Shown piece after piece: positions 1 through 13,059 of a stretch of 64,000 bases of DNA. The position numbers and the translations under genes are program-made. The stretch spans positions 5,394,001 through 5,458,000 of the forward strand of contig OX597828.1 in NCBI GenBank assembly GCA_951406725.2, written 5' to 3'. Position 1 is the first letter of the stretch; every line of letters begins with the position of its first letter. The notes below the pieces were generated by a model. It searched no databases and was not told the DNA's origin. It saw nothing but the letters and a program-made list of their open reading frames with translations. This DNA comes from Octopus vulgaris. Lineage: Eukaryota.

Positions 1-58
<58 letters not shown>

Positions 59-75
59 ACACACATACACACACA
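1..75. repeat. (CA)n microsatellite
   Basis: Direct reading. Confidence 0.98.
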
Positions 76-385
76 TATGTATCTATGTGTGTATGTACGT
101 ATGTATATACTATGTAGTTATGTATGTTTGTATGTATGTTTTTAAGCTTCTGTTTATCTTTGAAAGTTGTTATCAGGTGGAAGTGAAACTGAACTGAAAA
201 TCTTGTTATAAAATAAAACAGCCATTCAAAAGATCTATGTTCCACAAGTATGCATGTATTACAGTAAATCTGCCGTGTCACCAGTCTTGGTCTAAAGTCA
301 GAGTTCTACAGTAAGCCTACATTTTTCAGCCGTGTCTAGATTATAAGGTCGTCCTTATAATGTCGCCGGTGAACAGACCAAACTG

Positions 386-481
<96 letters not shown>

Positions 482-507
482 GTCTGTCTGTCTGTCTGTC
501 TGTCTGT
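386..507. repeat. (CTAT)n(CTGT)n microsatellite
   Basis: Direct reading. Confidence 0.97.
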
Positions 508-517
508 TTATCAATCT

Positions 518-666
518 AGGAATGGCTGCGTGGTTTGAAGCTTGCTTCTCAACCACATGGTTCGGAGTTCATTCCCACTGCATGGGCAAATATCTTCTAT
601 TATAACCTTGGGCAGACGAAAGCTTTGTGAGTAGATTTGGTTGGGGGAAACTAAAAGAAGTCAGTC

Positions 667-751
<85 letters not shown>

Positions 752-1005
752 TGTATGGATGTATGTATGTATGTATGTATGTATGTATGTATGTATGTAT
801 GTATTTGTGTTTGTCTCTCCACCATCTCTTGACAAACGACTACAGTGTGTTTCGTTCCTTTAACTTAGAGGTTCGGCAAAAGATACTGATTGAATAAGTA
901 CTGAGGTTACAAGGTATATGTTCTGGGGCCTATTTTTTCGACTAAAAAAGCGGTGCACCAGCATGGCCGCAGTTAAATGACTGAAACAAGTAAAATAATA
1001 AAAGA
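518..1005 (+). mobile_element. tRNA-derived SINE family A (octopus-type, internal TA/TATG microsatellite)
   Basis: A-box TGGCTGCGTGG, B-box-like GAGTTCATTCC, tail GCGGTGCACCAGCATGGCCGCAGTTAAATGACTGAAACAAGT; colinear with copies at 22300, 38821, 58964. Confidence 0.9.
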
Positions 1006-1044
1006 ATGTATATATATGTATGTATATATACATACACATACATA

Positions 1045-1170
1045 CCACGGGCTTCTTGCTGTTTCCATCTACCAAATTAATTTACAAGACTCTTGAGCAA
1101 GGAGTCACGCAGTGGTACTGAACCTAGAACCATGTGGTTCCAAAGCTAACTTCTTACTATACAGCCAGTG
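1045..1170 (-). mobile_element. SINE family A 5' fragment
   Basis: Reverse complement of head (AACCACATGGTTCTAGGTTCAGTACCACTGCGTG). Confidence 0.75.
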
Positions 1171-2249
1171 CTTGAGTGTACGTTAGTGTATTCTCGTGTG
1201 TGTGTATAAAGCCCTTAGCACATAATTCTGGAAAAGAATGATTTATAATATTTTCGAGGGCTCTAAAGTATTTCCCAGAAAACTTTATCTTCTCCCTACT
1301 GAAATAAAACAAAAACCTGAATGCATCGGTGTTTAAAAAGTTTCAATTGGTATTCTTGTTTTCTCGTCTTTCGCGTTATTTGGTTTGGAAATTGTGATTT
1401 CAGTGATGGTAGCCAGGACAATGCGTATTGTTGATGTTGCAGCAAAAGTTATGAATGTATTGGTAGTGCTAAATCATTTTTCTGTATCTTGGGTATATTA
1501 TTGGTGATGATAATGCTGAAGATATCATAGGCAGTGATGTATTGTATGCTGTGGGCGAGTAGAGAAAAGAGAGAGAGAGAGGGAAGAAAGAGGGAGAGCG
1601 GAGGGAGAAAGAGAGACAGAGAAAACGAGTGCAGCATTGTTGTCAAAATAGCTGTGTTTGTTCTGGTGTGGGTGCAGATGCGCAACTGCTTGCAAGAATC
1701 TAATCTTAGGAGGCAATGCTGAATCACTCAAGCTGGAACGTCAATTAATCAATTAATTAATGGTACATTTCATATCTTAATTAGACTAACTTAGATAAGA
1801 GGTATAATAAAAACTAAATATTCACTGAATAGCTCAGCAGCAAATTGGTTACTACTTTCACAATATCATTGAAAACAATAGTAGCAGTGATATCGGCAAT
1901 AACATGGTTATAAACAGCGGTAATAATGCCAAGAAATACCGAAAAATATCAATTACAGTAGTAAACAATCTAATGTCAGTAAGAATAAACAGTCGCTGCA
2001 AAATATCAGGATTAAACACGACCACCATAGTAACAAAAGTAACAACACGAGAAAACAAATCAAAACAGGAAAAAACAGCCACGTTGCTATCAGCACCAAC
2101 ACAAAATGTACTGCTAGTAACAGTAGAAGCAAGAAAATAATACTAAAAATAGAAACTACAAGATCAACAGTAATAAATATAAAGGCTATCGAAAAATGTC
2201 AAAGCAAATCTTTACTAAGATCAGCACTAATAAATTCAGATTTAATCGA

Positions 2250-2475
2250 GCCAAGGACGGAGCTTCTATGTGGCTGGTTTTATTCCAAGAAATGGGAGTT
2301 AAAACTCACTAATCACACCCTATAATCCTTATAAAAACAATGACACTTGGATACTACACTGCTAGACTTAGCATGATTCAATAAAAGAACCCTCCCATAA
2401 ACATTGACACATTTGAAAAGACCTTAATGGAAGGTCAGCTGTTAAGTAAGGAATTATCTGGGGTTAAACAATAAC
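2250..2475 (+). mobile_element. Old SINE-like repeat, degraded (related copy 29395-29620)
   Basis: Shared motif order AGAAAT...TCACA..CTA...TTGGAT...GGG.T.AACAA in both copies. Confidence 0.4.
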
Positions 2476-3128
2476 CTGTACTAATTTTAATGAGGAAACT
2501 AATTTTAATGAGTACATTAAATAAAGGAAAAAAACTTCAGTTTGTTACATAGATTTAATCTATCTAATGGTGTAATATTTCAGTAGAGTGAACATGTGTC
2601 CGTATCTACTTTAATAATGATTGGGCAGCACTTACTGAGCTGTCATTGATGGGGAAAGTTTATGAGGCAACGTCAACCTCAACTCAGGAAATGATCTGCT
2701 TAGATATTCTATCATACATAGTTTGACTTTCTACTGTTTCTGCTACTCTGTAACATCAATTACCTGAATTGTCCTGCCGACAAAAGAAAATGTAATCAGC
2801 AACTAAAAGAAAGACATTTGTGAAGTTTGTAATACATGAAAATACATTAACACGTGGTGCAACTAGAATGGTGACAAGAACAGGAGTTGCATGATAATTC
2901 ATTCAGTAAAAATAATAATCATTTTGATGGAGATCGGTAAATATTAGAGGAATTCTGGTTGATGCTCCATGTACATATATGTACGGGATTGAATGGGAAG
3001 TTGTACAATTCTTGTTAGTAGCGATAGGAGGGTCGGAATACATGGTGTTAGTGCATTAGTGATCGCTAGGTTGAAAAACTATCAAGAGTTCTACTGTTTA
3101 TATTCAAGGAATTTGCAGAAGTATTCAT

Positions 3129-3263
3129 TGGTTTCAAATTTTGGCACAAGGTTAGCGTCTTAAGGAGTGGTGCCAAGTGGATTAAATCAAGCCCAGTACT
3201 GAACTAGTACTTATTTTATTGAACTCGAAAGGACGAAAGCCACAGTGGACATAGACAGAATTT
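3129..3263 (-). mobile_element. SINE family B (Nin-domain-like) 3' fragment
   Basis: Minus strand CTTTCGTCCTTTCGAGTTCAATAAAATAAGTACTAG plus tail CTTGTGCCAAAATTTGAAACCAA. Confidence 0.75.
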
Positions 3264-5167
3264 ATATTTTCTGTAGTAATTAACGGCGTTGAAATATCAG
3301 AGTGTGGTGCTATGTTAGCAATGTTCAAACATATTTGTAACCAAAATCATTCTGCCTGTCATCACCCTGTTATCTACGATTAGAATACTAGATTACCGCA
3401 TTATATTTGCTTATACAGTATGAGGCGATTTGGTATGATTTGCGGTTGGTTTCGCTATATCTGCAAGTCAATCAATGATGCCATGGTGATGCTTTCAGCA
3501 GTGTGCTGCCATGTTGGTTATGTATGTTTAAGTGTTTGTCGCGTTAGTGAACCTTTGAAAAACATGTATGAACAATTATATGTTGTTGTTATATACAACC
3601 GGTGCTCTTAGAATTTTATTAGGTCTTCAGGGAAATGGCTAAGGTTTAACAATATATAATTGTGCATCGCACGTACATTTGTTTTGCTTTCACTATTATC
3701 ATTGTTCTTCCTAGTTAATGCTGTTTATATATCCATGAAAGGGTCAATGTCCTCCGTTGATTATTTCTTTTTATTGATTAAAGACGTCACAGTGCGTTGA
3801 AAATCCAGCTTAGGTTTGCAGGATTATTTGATAACTTAGTATGATTGATTATATCATTATGAACCTAAGCTTATATCTGTGTCTAGGATCCATGTGATTT
3901 AATGAATATGCCCCATCAGAGACAAATGCAATTTGAAATGTTACGAATAGGTAATATGTAGAATTGAAGAAAAAATATTTCCTGGTAATTAGGTCTCTCT
4001 CGTTATATTCTAAGTTCAAATCGCAGTTATTCCCCCTTTTAGTGGCTGAAAAAATGTACAGGAACTGGAGCCGGTATACAGTCGACTACACCCTTTCACA
4101 ATATTCGTGGTCATGTGCCTACGTAAGAAAAGATTCTTGTTATACACTATATACACTTTTGGAAAAATATACGATTTTACAAATGATTCGGTTTATATTT
4201 TGATGCATAAATTGATGCACTTTTAACCACGTTGTTCTGTTACGGTAAACATTTATGCATAACATTTGACATTGATTTATGTTACTCATTTCGTTTACAT
4301 TTACTATTTGGTTCCAGAGTTTAAAATGCTAAAAGCTTAACGCTCAAACAAAGCTTGACAAGCAGAAAGTATAACATGGATCGCAGTGGGACAGAACGGA
4401 TAATACACAGACGGAAGTGAATTTTACTATTCATCTTAGGATCGCACATTCTGATATATAAATCTTTAGGTTCGGATTTCTTCGATCTATATTTATACAT
4501 ATCTTGGTTAGAAAGTGATATAAGCATGTCCCAGAAAAGATCTAAGAAAATGATAAACAACTATACCCAGGGATATGCCAATACACTCAGAAAGAGAAAT
4601 CAAAGTTAATAGACTGAATATACTTGACAAGAGATCATGAAAAAAACATTGCCTTCTAATCGACAATATATTTCTAAAAGAAACGGAAAAGCTCTCGAAA
4701 AACAAACATCTGATGTGTATTCTGATGTACAAATTCGCTGAAAATTTATATTATATTCCACTATATATATGTGTGTGTGTGAGTAGATGTGTATGCGCGC
4801 ATGTGAGTAAGAGTATGCGCGCGTGTGGGTATGAGTGTGTGCGCGTGCACGTGCCATCATTTTCCATGCAGTACTGGTTATAATTAATACAAGCTACTGA
4901 ATAAAATATTTATGAAAGCCTAATTACGGTTGTTTGTGAGCTAATGTCTATGTATAGTTGTGCTCTTCCGTAACTCTTGAAAGCGATGAATGATGATGTT
5001 ATTCTAATATGAATGTGTCCTTTGTAACTTATATTCCACGGAATTGTGCTGATGAGTATGTTGCGTGGTACCTTATTTCTTAACCAATTTCTCTTTCTTT
5101 ACATCTAATCTATAACTTCAAAATATAATCAATATGAGTACGCGAGTAAAGTACCCACCATATTTTC

Positions 5168-5395
5168 CATCATCATCATCGTCGTCGACATCATCATCAT
5201 CATCATCATCATGAATGTAGCCTTCGTTGTTGTCGTTCTTTTCTCAATTTCTCTTCTTTTTCTTCTTTTCTTTTACCCCCTCCTCCTCCTCCTCCTCCTC
5301 CTCTTCTTCTTCTTCTTCTTCTTCTTCTTCTTCTTCTTCTTCTTCTTCTTCTTCTTCTTCTTCTTCTTCTTCTTCTTCTTCGTCTTCTTTTTTTT
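5168..5395. repeat. Compound trinucleotide tract (CAT)n...(CCT)n(CTT)n
   Basis: Direct reading; source of poly-S/poly-F ORFs. Confidence 0.95.
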
Positions 5396-5419
5396 CTTTT
5401 ACTTTATCCTCCTCTCTAT

Positions 5420-8330
5420 TTCTAGAGTTTTGTATTTTGAAAGTTTCCCTGTTCCTTTTTCAGAAGCTGTGTCATCTCTTAAGACTGATACATCGATTGG
5501 AATGTATTTGTTTTATCTCCATAATCTCTGACATCTATATCTGGTCTGCTAACTTCGATCTCTCTATTTCTGTGTACTAGCCTATCCCTGAGTTTGGTTG
5601 TTTTGTCATTTTCCGAGACTTTCTTGAGGTATGCCTATACTATAATTTTTCTATTGTCATTTCATAATGTTGGCATAGCTTCCAGTGTATGTAGGACCAA
5701 ACTCTGTCACGCATACGGATATGTTACTTCTTAGCCAGGCACTGGGCAGCCAAAGACAATATGATTCATTGTTTCTACTCCCTTCACCACATATACTGCA
5801 GGCACTTATACTTTTCTTCATTATGTGTTTCTTGTGAGGAGGCTTTGATCTTGTGCTGCAATTGGAATTCCTTCAGTTTCTGCTCTGAGTCCTGAGCTTC
5901 TCAAACAGTGTAGGGATTTTACTTTATTTCGTTTCTCTTTAGCTTATCCCAGTATTTGCCATCTAAGGGTTTTTCTTGCCATCGTTTTATCATGTTATTT
6001 TGTAGCTCCAGTTTTAGCCTAATTCTTAGTAGCTCTACATCTTGTTTTGTTTGTTCTTTTTCTTCAGAGCTATCAAGTGGTATTACCTCTTTATTGTATT
6101 TTGTTCTCTCATGTTTTGTTGCTGTTTGTATCAGTTTTCCTTGGTTCTGAGTTAGATATATCTGTAATCTTAAAGTTGCTATTTTATAGTAGTTGTCTAG
6201 TTGTACAAGGCCTCTACCACCTTCAGTTCGTTATATATATATTTCTGTCAGATTTTGGGTGCTGTATTCTAAATTCCGTCATTATTATTCTGGCTTTCCA
6301 GTCAAGTTTGGCTTGCTCGCTTAGTGACCAAATAAGGATATTGTAATTGTAAAATAACTGAGGCACCTTGCGTAATGATACCTATTTACTTGTTTTTCGC
6401 ATTGAGCTCTCTTTTAAATATTAATCAAAGTCATGGCATTCCTTCATTAACTTTTCCTTCATTTGTACTTGTTGATTCCTAAGTATTTGTATGTATGGAT
6501 TTGGTCTAATTCTTTTATTTTCTTTATCTTGTGTTATATTGTTACTCTTAACTAGTTTTCCACTTTTTAAGGTTGCTTTGTTACAACTTTCCAAGTCGAT
6601 TTTCATATCGATTACTTTGGAAAATCCAGGCACAGTCGTAACGTTTCCAGTTGTTTATCATTTGCAGTATACAGCTTCAGATCATCCATATACAAGAGAT
6701 GGTTGATTATCTTTACCCTAGCAGTTGTATTCACATCTAGTTCTGTTTAGCATGTTACTTAAAGGCGTCAGTGTCAGACAGAAAAGGAGTAAAGAGAGCG
6801 AGTCTCCTTGAAATATTATTCTTTTAATGGGTATGGATTTAGTTTTTATGGTTCTGCTATTTGTATGGAGCTGCAGAAATGTTTGCTATTTATTCATGGC
6901 CTGTTTTATATATTTTATTATTGTTGGTGATGTCTTGTTCATAGCTAGTGTTCCCAGGCTACATATATCTAGAATACTGTGAAAATCCTTTCTGTAATCA
7001 ATCCCAGGTATGCTTAGACACTTTGTTTTCTTGCAGTTTTCTGCGGTTATGGCTTTATTGATCAATAGATGATCTTTACTGTCATATGAGCCTTTGTAAC
7101 ATCCATTATACACGTCTAGAAGCAAATTGTTTTCTACGAGATATCTACTCATTCTCTGCGATTCTTGGTAGAATCGTTTTGGATGGAATTTAAACTCTTT
7201 CTTTTGTTCAAGGTATCCTTGGCGTTTTTCATACCGACGGATTCTTCGTGTTATCTCAGGTATACCTTGTTTTGATATTTTGTATTTATGCAGTATTTTT
7301 CTTTCATTTTTTTTATAGTACTGTTGATAGCTTACTAATCTCATTAAAGATTGCCAGGGCATTTCTTTCATTTTCAATTTATTTTGTTTCAAATTAGTTT
7401 TTCATGATATGTGTTTAGGTTGTGTTACTTCTATGTAGACTGATTTGAAGGAATATCCACTTTTTCTGGCCACTGCTCCTGCAGATATAATTTCGTTTAG
7501 TCTGGTCATTTGACTCAGTTGTGTTTAGTTGAGTGATGGCCAAATTTATGTTGATTTTTGCTTTGTTTTTGTTGCTTATTAGGTTTATTTTCAGGGAGGT
7601 ACAGTCGGTGTTTCATACTGATTTCGTCTGTGACTTTTAATTCCTTGATTATACAGATTTTTAAAGTATCATAATCATAATTTCTTACTTCATTTTTTCT
7701 TGTTTTTAGATTTTCTCTGTATTACTTCCTGTTTATATTAAATGTGTCTGTGTTGTTAAAGTTTGCTTCCTTCTGGTTATCATTATGCATTCCTAGGGGG
7801 ACTTGGCTTCTTTGTGTTCCGTTACTTCGTTTTCGCTGCAAATATTATGTGTATCTTCGTATTTTACAATCCCTATCTCTTTTTTTTTTTACTCTTTTTA
7901 CTTGTTTCAGTCATTTGACTGCGGCCATGCTGGAGCACCGCCTTTAGTCGAGCAAATCGACCCCGGGACTTATTCTTTTGTAAGCCCAGTACTTATTCTA
8001 TCGGTCTCTTTTGCCGAACCTATATTTATGTTATTAATATCGTTCTTGTTTTGAGAGCATATCTCCTTATTTAGGTTACAAAATACTTCAGTATATCCAA
8101 ATTTGTGTTATTTTCCCCCCAGTTTTTACATGAGTAAGCTGTTGTATTCTCGTCATGTGGATTGAGCACTGTTGTAAAATAAGCGGATATGATGAAATAT
8201 ACTCATCTGGTGTCTATTTATGTATTTTGATTTTATTTGTGAGATGAGCGAAAGAACGTCCGGCCTTTTATTTAGAAGTCGTCATTTACTTACGGTATAA
8301 GTCTGTTTGTTTCGGTGTCAAAGGGGTTTT
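5420..8330 (-). mobile_element. Degraded R4/Dong-clade RLE LINE
   Basis: RT motifs GCYKGSYDSKDHLLINKAI and IDYRKDFHSI (ORF 6886-7392), IFQGDSLS near 6800, ELQNNMIKRWQEKPL near 5990, RPDI endonuclease remnant near 5540; many stops and frameshifts. Confidence 0.85.
7888..8020 (-). mobile_element. SINE family A 3' fragment nested in LINE
   Basis: TTACTTGTTTCAGTCATTTGACTGCGGCCATGCTGGAGCACCGCC is the reverse complement of the family tail. Confidence 0.88.
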
Positions 8331-8619
8331 GAACGTGTAACTTTTCGTACGTTTTGTGAAATAAGTTTACAGTACGCTCTTCTCGTTTGATATTTTGAGG
8401 CTAAATCATACGGACATTATCTGATATATTTTTAATTTCTTGTGCTTGATTGTTGGGGTTGGAGACCGTCTGTTGTTGAATTGAAAAGTGAGAAGCTTGT
8501 TTATATGCGTTATAATAGTGATGGATTACACGATTATAATACCTCATTTCAAAAGGAAAACAGAAATAAATTTGAATAAGTATAACTTCCTCGGATGTTG
8601 TCCAAAATATAGTTGTCCA

Positions 8620-8679
8620 CACACAAACACACACACACACGCACGCACACACACACACACACACACACGCACACGAGCG

Positions 8680-8748
<69 letters not shown>
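8620..8748. repeat. (CA)n/(CG)n/(TA)n microsatellite
   Basis: Direct reading. Confidence 0.95.
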
Positions 8749-8749
<1 letters not shown>

Positions 8750-10368
8750 CTTGTGACCGTTTGATCTTGTCCTCTGGAAACTTTTACACATGTAGGCATA
8801 CTTTTGAAATGAACAGACGTGCTCATTTGATCATCACAAATGGTTTCTACGTAAATCACTGAAGATTGGTCAAATCGATGAACATTATCGAGAAAAAAAA
8901 CCTGGGTGGAAAATACTTTCGAATTACCCGATGGAATGTGTACAATGCGTCGGGATCATTCCATATATTTCATGACCCTCTCGTATATAAACTCATATCA
9001 ATGTAAGCTGTATTGTGTTAATTTCAGTTTATCACTGTTTTAAATTATTGAGATTACCCATGGATTCAAATGTTACTTGGTGATCTTTATTAAAAAATTC
9101 TAAATAAATAATTATAAAAAAATGAATTAAATAATTAATTATAAAAAATAATTATAAAAGAAAAATAATTTTCTAAATTCATACTCCCATTTACTTAGAA
9201 ATATCTGTAGAGGTATACACAGTTAATCATGCAGATGTGTGAATTGATAACTTTCCAACATACTTATAGTATGTTTTCAGAAACATTTGAGTATTTCACC
9301 AATTCTTTTAACCTTCAAATTTCCTTTCCTATTGACTTAGCGTTCTGTCCATTACTTGTTGATGAAATGGATAATAGGAACAAATTTACACTAGCTACAA
9401 ATTTACTGCTGTAATATAGAAATATTTCATGCGATATGCACTTTCAGTTTACGTCCATTCCTATATGGCTTCGACAAACAAATGGAGATGGTGTTGTTTT
9501 GCTTTTGATTTTGTTTCGTTTATTTTCGTTTGCAATCACCTCCAGATTAATTGTTTGCAAAGAAGTCAAATTATTTAATTGTAAATTAGAATGAATAAAA
9601 TAATAAGAGTAAAACATAAAATTTCCTGCTTTTAGGCATTATGTAAATTTGCCTGAAATCTTGAGTAAAGGATTACACTGTGAAACTGACATATGTTTTC
9701 AATAATTAAACAAATATAAAATTGATGATTATTAGAATTATAATTGGATGATGAAAGCCATGATTATGATTATGAATGTTGTTTTTGAGGATGATGATAC
9801 TGATGATGACGAGGAAGAGGAGAAGGAAGAGGAGGGAGAAGAGAAGAACGGGACCTGTATAATAATGATATTGAAAATGAATGAGTGGCGTTAACGCTCA
9901 GGAATATATACGATGATGATGCGGTGGAGGAGGAGGAATCAGCTTTTTGGATGAGTGTGAACATGGTGATGAATAATATGGTAATGTTTAAAGTAGCTTG
10001 GTGCCAATATTGGTAGTGATGTCGGTATCAATGATTATCACATTTAGAAAAAGGATTAGATGCATGACAAAATAAATAAACATTTGAAAGTAAACAATTC
10101 AAAAGAACGGATTTAGGAAATTGTTTAAATGCTTTCTACAATAACTTTCATTTACATATATATTTATTCGCTGCCCCTTATATTCCACATTCATATATGT
10201 GCTTATTTAACGCTTATTTGGGTATACCTTGATGATTATGTCCTTTCTGTGAACGATAAAACTGCAACGATATTGGCGTGGATGGAGAACGAAATAATGA
10301 AAATATAAAGGTGACAAGAGGGTAGTGATATAATACTGTGACAAATTCAGCTAATAATAAAAATAAAA

Positions 10369-10369
10369 A

Positions 10370-10436
<67 letters not shown>

Positions 10437-10466
10437 GCTACTGCTACTACTCAGTGAACCGTTATA

Positions 10467-10513
<47 letters not shown>

Positions 10514-10530
10514 ATAATAATAATAATAAC
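10369..10530. repeat. (ACT)n(AAT)n microsatellite, 5' flank of LINE
   Basis: Direct reading. Confidence 0.95.
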
Positions 10531-10537
10531 GATAACA

Positions 10538-12170
10538 ATTTATAGTAATATGAAGTAGAGCTAGAAGGGCTGTCAACAATAGTTAAAGAGTTCAGCAATG
10601 ACATCGGCATGGATTTTGGCCTTCATAAGTGTGCTAAGGCAACGTTTGTAAGGGGCACGCTCAAGCAAGCAGCTTACATTAAAGGAGATACCAACACTCC
10701 CATCAGTGAGCTTGACCCACAAGAAAGCTATAAATACTTGGAGATAAACGGAGAAGTTATGTAACAGACTACTATGAAGAAATAAATACAAAAGGAGTAT
10801 CATAGGAGAATACTACTTATACTAAAAACTGATCTCAACTTCGAAAATCGCATCGAAGCCATTAATACCCTGGCACTTCTATCATCCAATAGAGTTTTAG
10901 CATCACTAACTGGAATCTTACAGAGCTCCAACGCCTGGACAGGTAGACAAGAAAAGTATTGACATCTAAGAATATGCACCACCCAAAAGCAGACGTTGAT
11001 CGTCTGTACCTGCCTAGAATTAATGGGGGTAGATGAATGAAGCAAGTAGAATTGCGCTATACGACCTCCACAATGGCAATGAATAAGTATTTATCTAGTA
11101 CAGAGGACTGGATGCTGTGGCTTTCAAATTTGCAAGGGAACTGGGAATTAACACTGAATTAGATGAAGAACCTGGAACTACTGCCACGAAAAAAGTAAAA
11201 CGGATTGAAGAGACTGAAAAAAGAACGGGCAGAAACCAACAGAGGATCAGTGGAGCCAGAAACCTCTGTATGGACTGTATATACTGCGAAGCCGAAATGC
11301 TGATATAAACCAAGCAGCAACCCATCAGTGGCTGAGAAGCTCAAGACTGAAAGCAGAGACAGAAGGTTTCATATTGGCGGCACGAGACCAAAGCTTGCGT
11401 ACTAGAAACTACGAGGTTAACATTATTCAAAACAGTTTGGTTCTGAAATACAGATTTTGCGATAAATCTGATGAAACAATAGACTTTGTCTCGGGATGTC
11501 CTATGATGACACCAAACGAATACAAATATGGCCATGATAGAGTAGGACAGTATTTACATTGGAAAATATCTAAACACTACAAAATCTGCACTCCTGAGCA
11601 AATCGTTGGAGGTGAAATGTCAGTATGCTCTGGGATTTTCCAGTAAACACCGAAACAACGATCCAGGCTAATCGATCAGACATAGTCATTAAAGACGGAG
11701 AAGAAAATATTTGTAGGCTAATAGATGTAAGTATTCCCACTGATAAAAATATATCTGTGAAGGAATTTGACAAATTAAAATAAATATAAGACCTGGAAAT
11801 TGAAATACAAAGTATGTGGTATCTTAATGCTAATTCCTATCCTACCTAGGCTAACCACAATAACTGTTTCTGTTATTGTGGTTAGCCTAGGTATGATAGG
11901 AAGGGGATGTCAGAAATATCTAGATAATATCCTTGGGGAACCATGTCTCAGAGAACTCCAGAAGATTGTGCTGGTACATACTGCCCACACCCTTAGAAAA
12001 ACCCTATCAATTTAAATGCTTGTGTAGTATTACATAAAGATATTTCGCCACTGCCTCTTCCACAACCCCTCCCCAAACATTCAGTCATTGTAACATCTCA
12101 TATCCTTCACTCGCCCTAGGACGCTGGGTGTGTCTCGACAAGTGATTGTAACAAACATCCAGATTAAAAG
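10538..12170 (+). mobile_element. 5'-truncated R4/Dong-clade RLE LINE (RT C-terminus, CCHC-like finger, RLE, 3'UTR)
   Basis: VKEFSNDIGMDFGLHKCAK, HHPKADVDRLYLPR, LKAETEGFILAARDQSLRTRNY, RFCDKSDETIDFVSGC..HDRVGQYLHW, NRSDIVIKD..LIDVSIP; flanked by (AAT)n, the known Dong target. Confidence 0.92.
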
Positions 12171-12189
12171 TACATAGCAGTAGTAAAAT

Positions 12190-12251
12190 CAACAACAACA
12201 GCAACAACAACAACAACAATAATAATAATAATAATGATAATAATAATGATG

Positions 12252-12313
<62 letters not shown>
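12190..12313. repeat. (AAC)n(AAT)n tract at LINE 3' end
   Basis: Direct reading. Confidence 0.95.
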
Positions 12314-13059
12314 TAACGCAATGATAACAGAACATCGGGGAGGTTTACCGTGTGAGAACGATAAAGTTTTTCTCCAAAATCACCCCAAAACATCGTGAAT
12401 AATTACAACGAATGTAACCAAAAACACTCTCAAAATGTTGGACCATAACCCTGTAAGCAATACTCGTTAACATCTATTTCTATTTTCCACGTTAAATGAT
12501 GTGTTATTAATTTTTACACGTTGTGAACATGTCTTTACCATCGCCAGATTACGGTTCCTATGAAACAGATGGCCAGCTCTGTCACCCACCAAGATACACA
12601 AGAAGTGGGGAAAAATTCAAACATTTAGAAATTGAATGAGCCTCAAGTATAACAATCGGGATGTGAATACTTTAAATTTATTACCCAAAATGTGCAAAAT
12701 ATTCCACGTGCACAACTCTTTAACACCAGAAATGAGCAGAAAGGTACCCTGTGCAAGAGAGGAAAATCCGAATAAATGGTTGGACGTTATTCGTCACACT
12801 CTGCAAATAAGAAAAATACTCAAGTGTTCACGGGAGGAATACGTTTCTCTCTAGCATGCATATGTTACAACATTACTCTACGTACAAAATAAGTACAACA
12901 GTATACTTATATAAGTACAACAGTATACTTATATAAGTACAACGATGTTTTGGGGTGATTTTGGAGAAATACTTTATCGTTCTCACACGGTAAACCTCCC
13001 CGATGTTCTGTTATCATTGCGTTAATTATATAAGTATATAAGTACAACAGTATACTTAT

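Noticed and set aside
1860-2180. Periodic Asn/Thr/Ser-rich ORFs
   Set aside because: Decayed trinucleotide (AAC/AAT/AGC) repeat rather than a gene
3597-3637. CUGAAGA..CCGGUU on the minus strand, hammerhead-like
   Set aside because: No GAAA and no stem I; too decayed to call
12889-13059. 22-bp hairpin repeats with an intervening segment resembling a CRISPR repeat-spacer
   Set aside because: Units are directly tandem, there is one insert copied from 550 bp away, no cas genes, eukaryotic context
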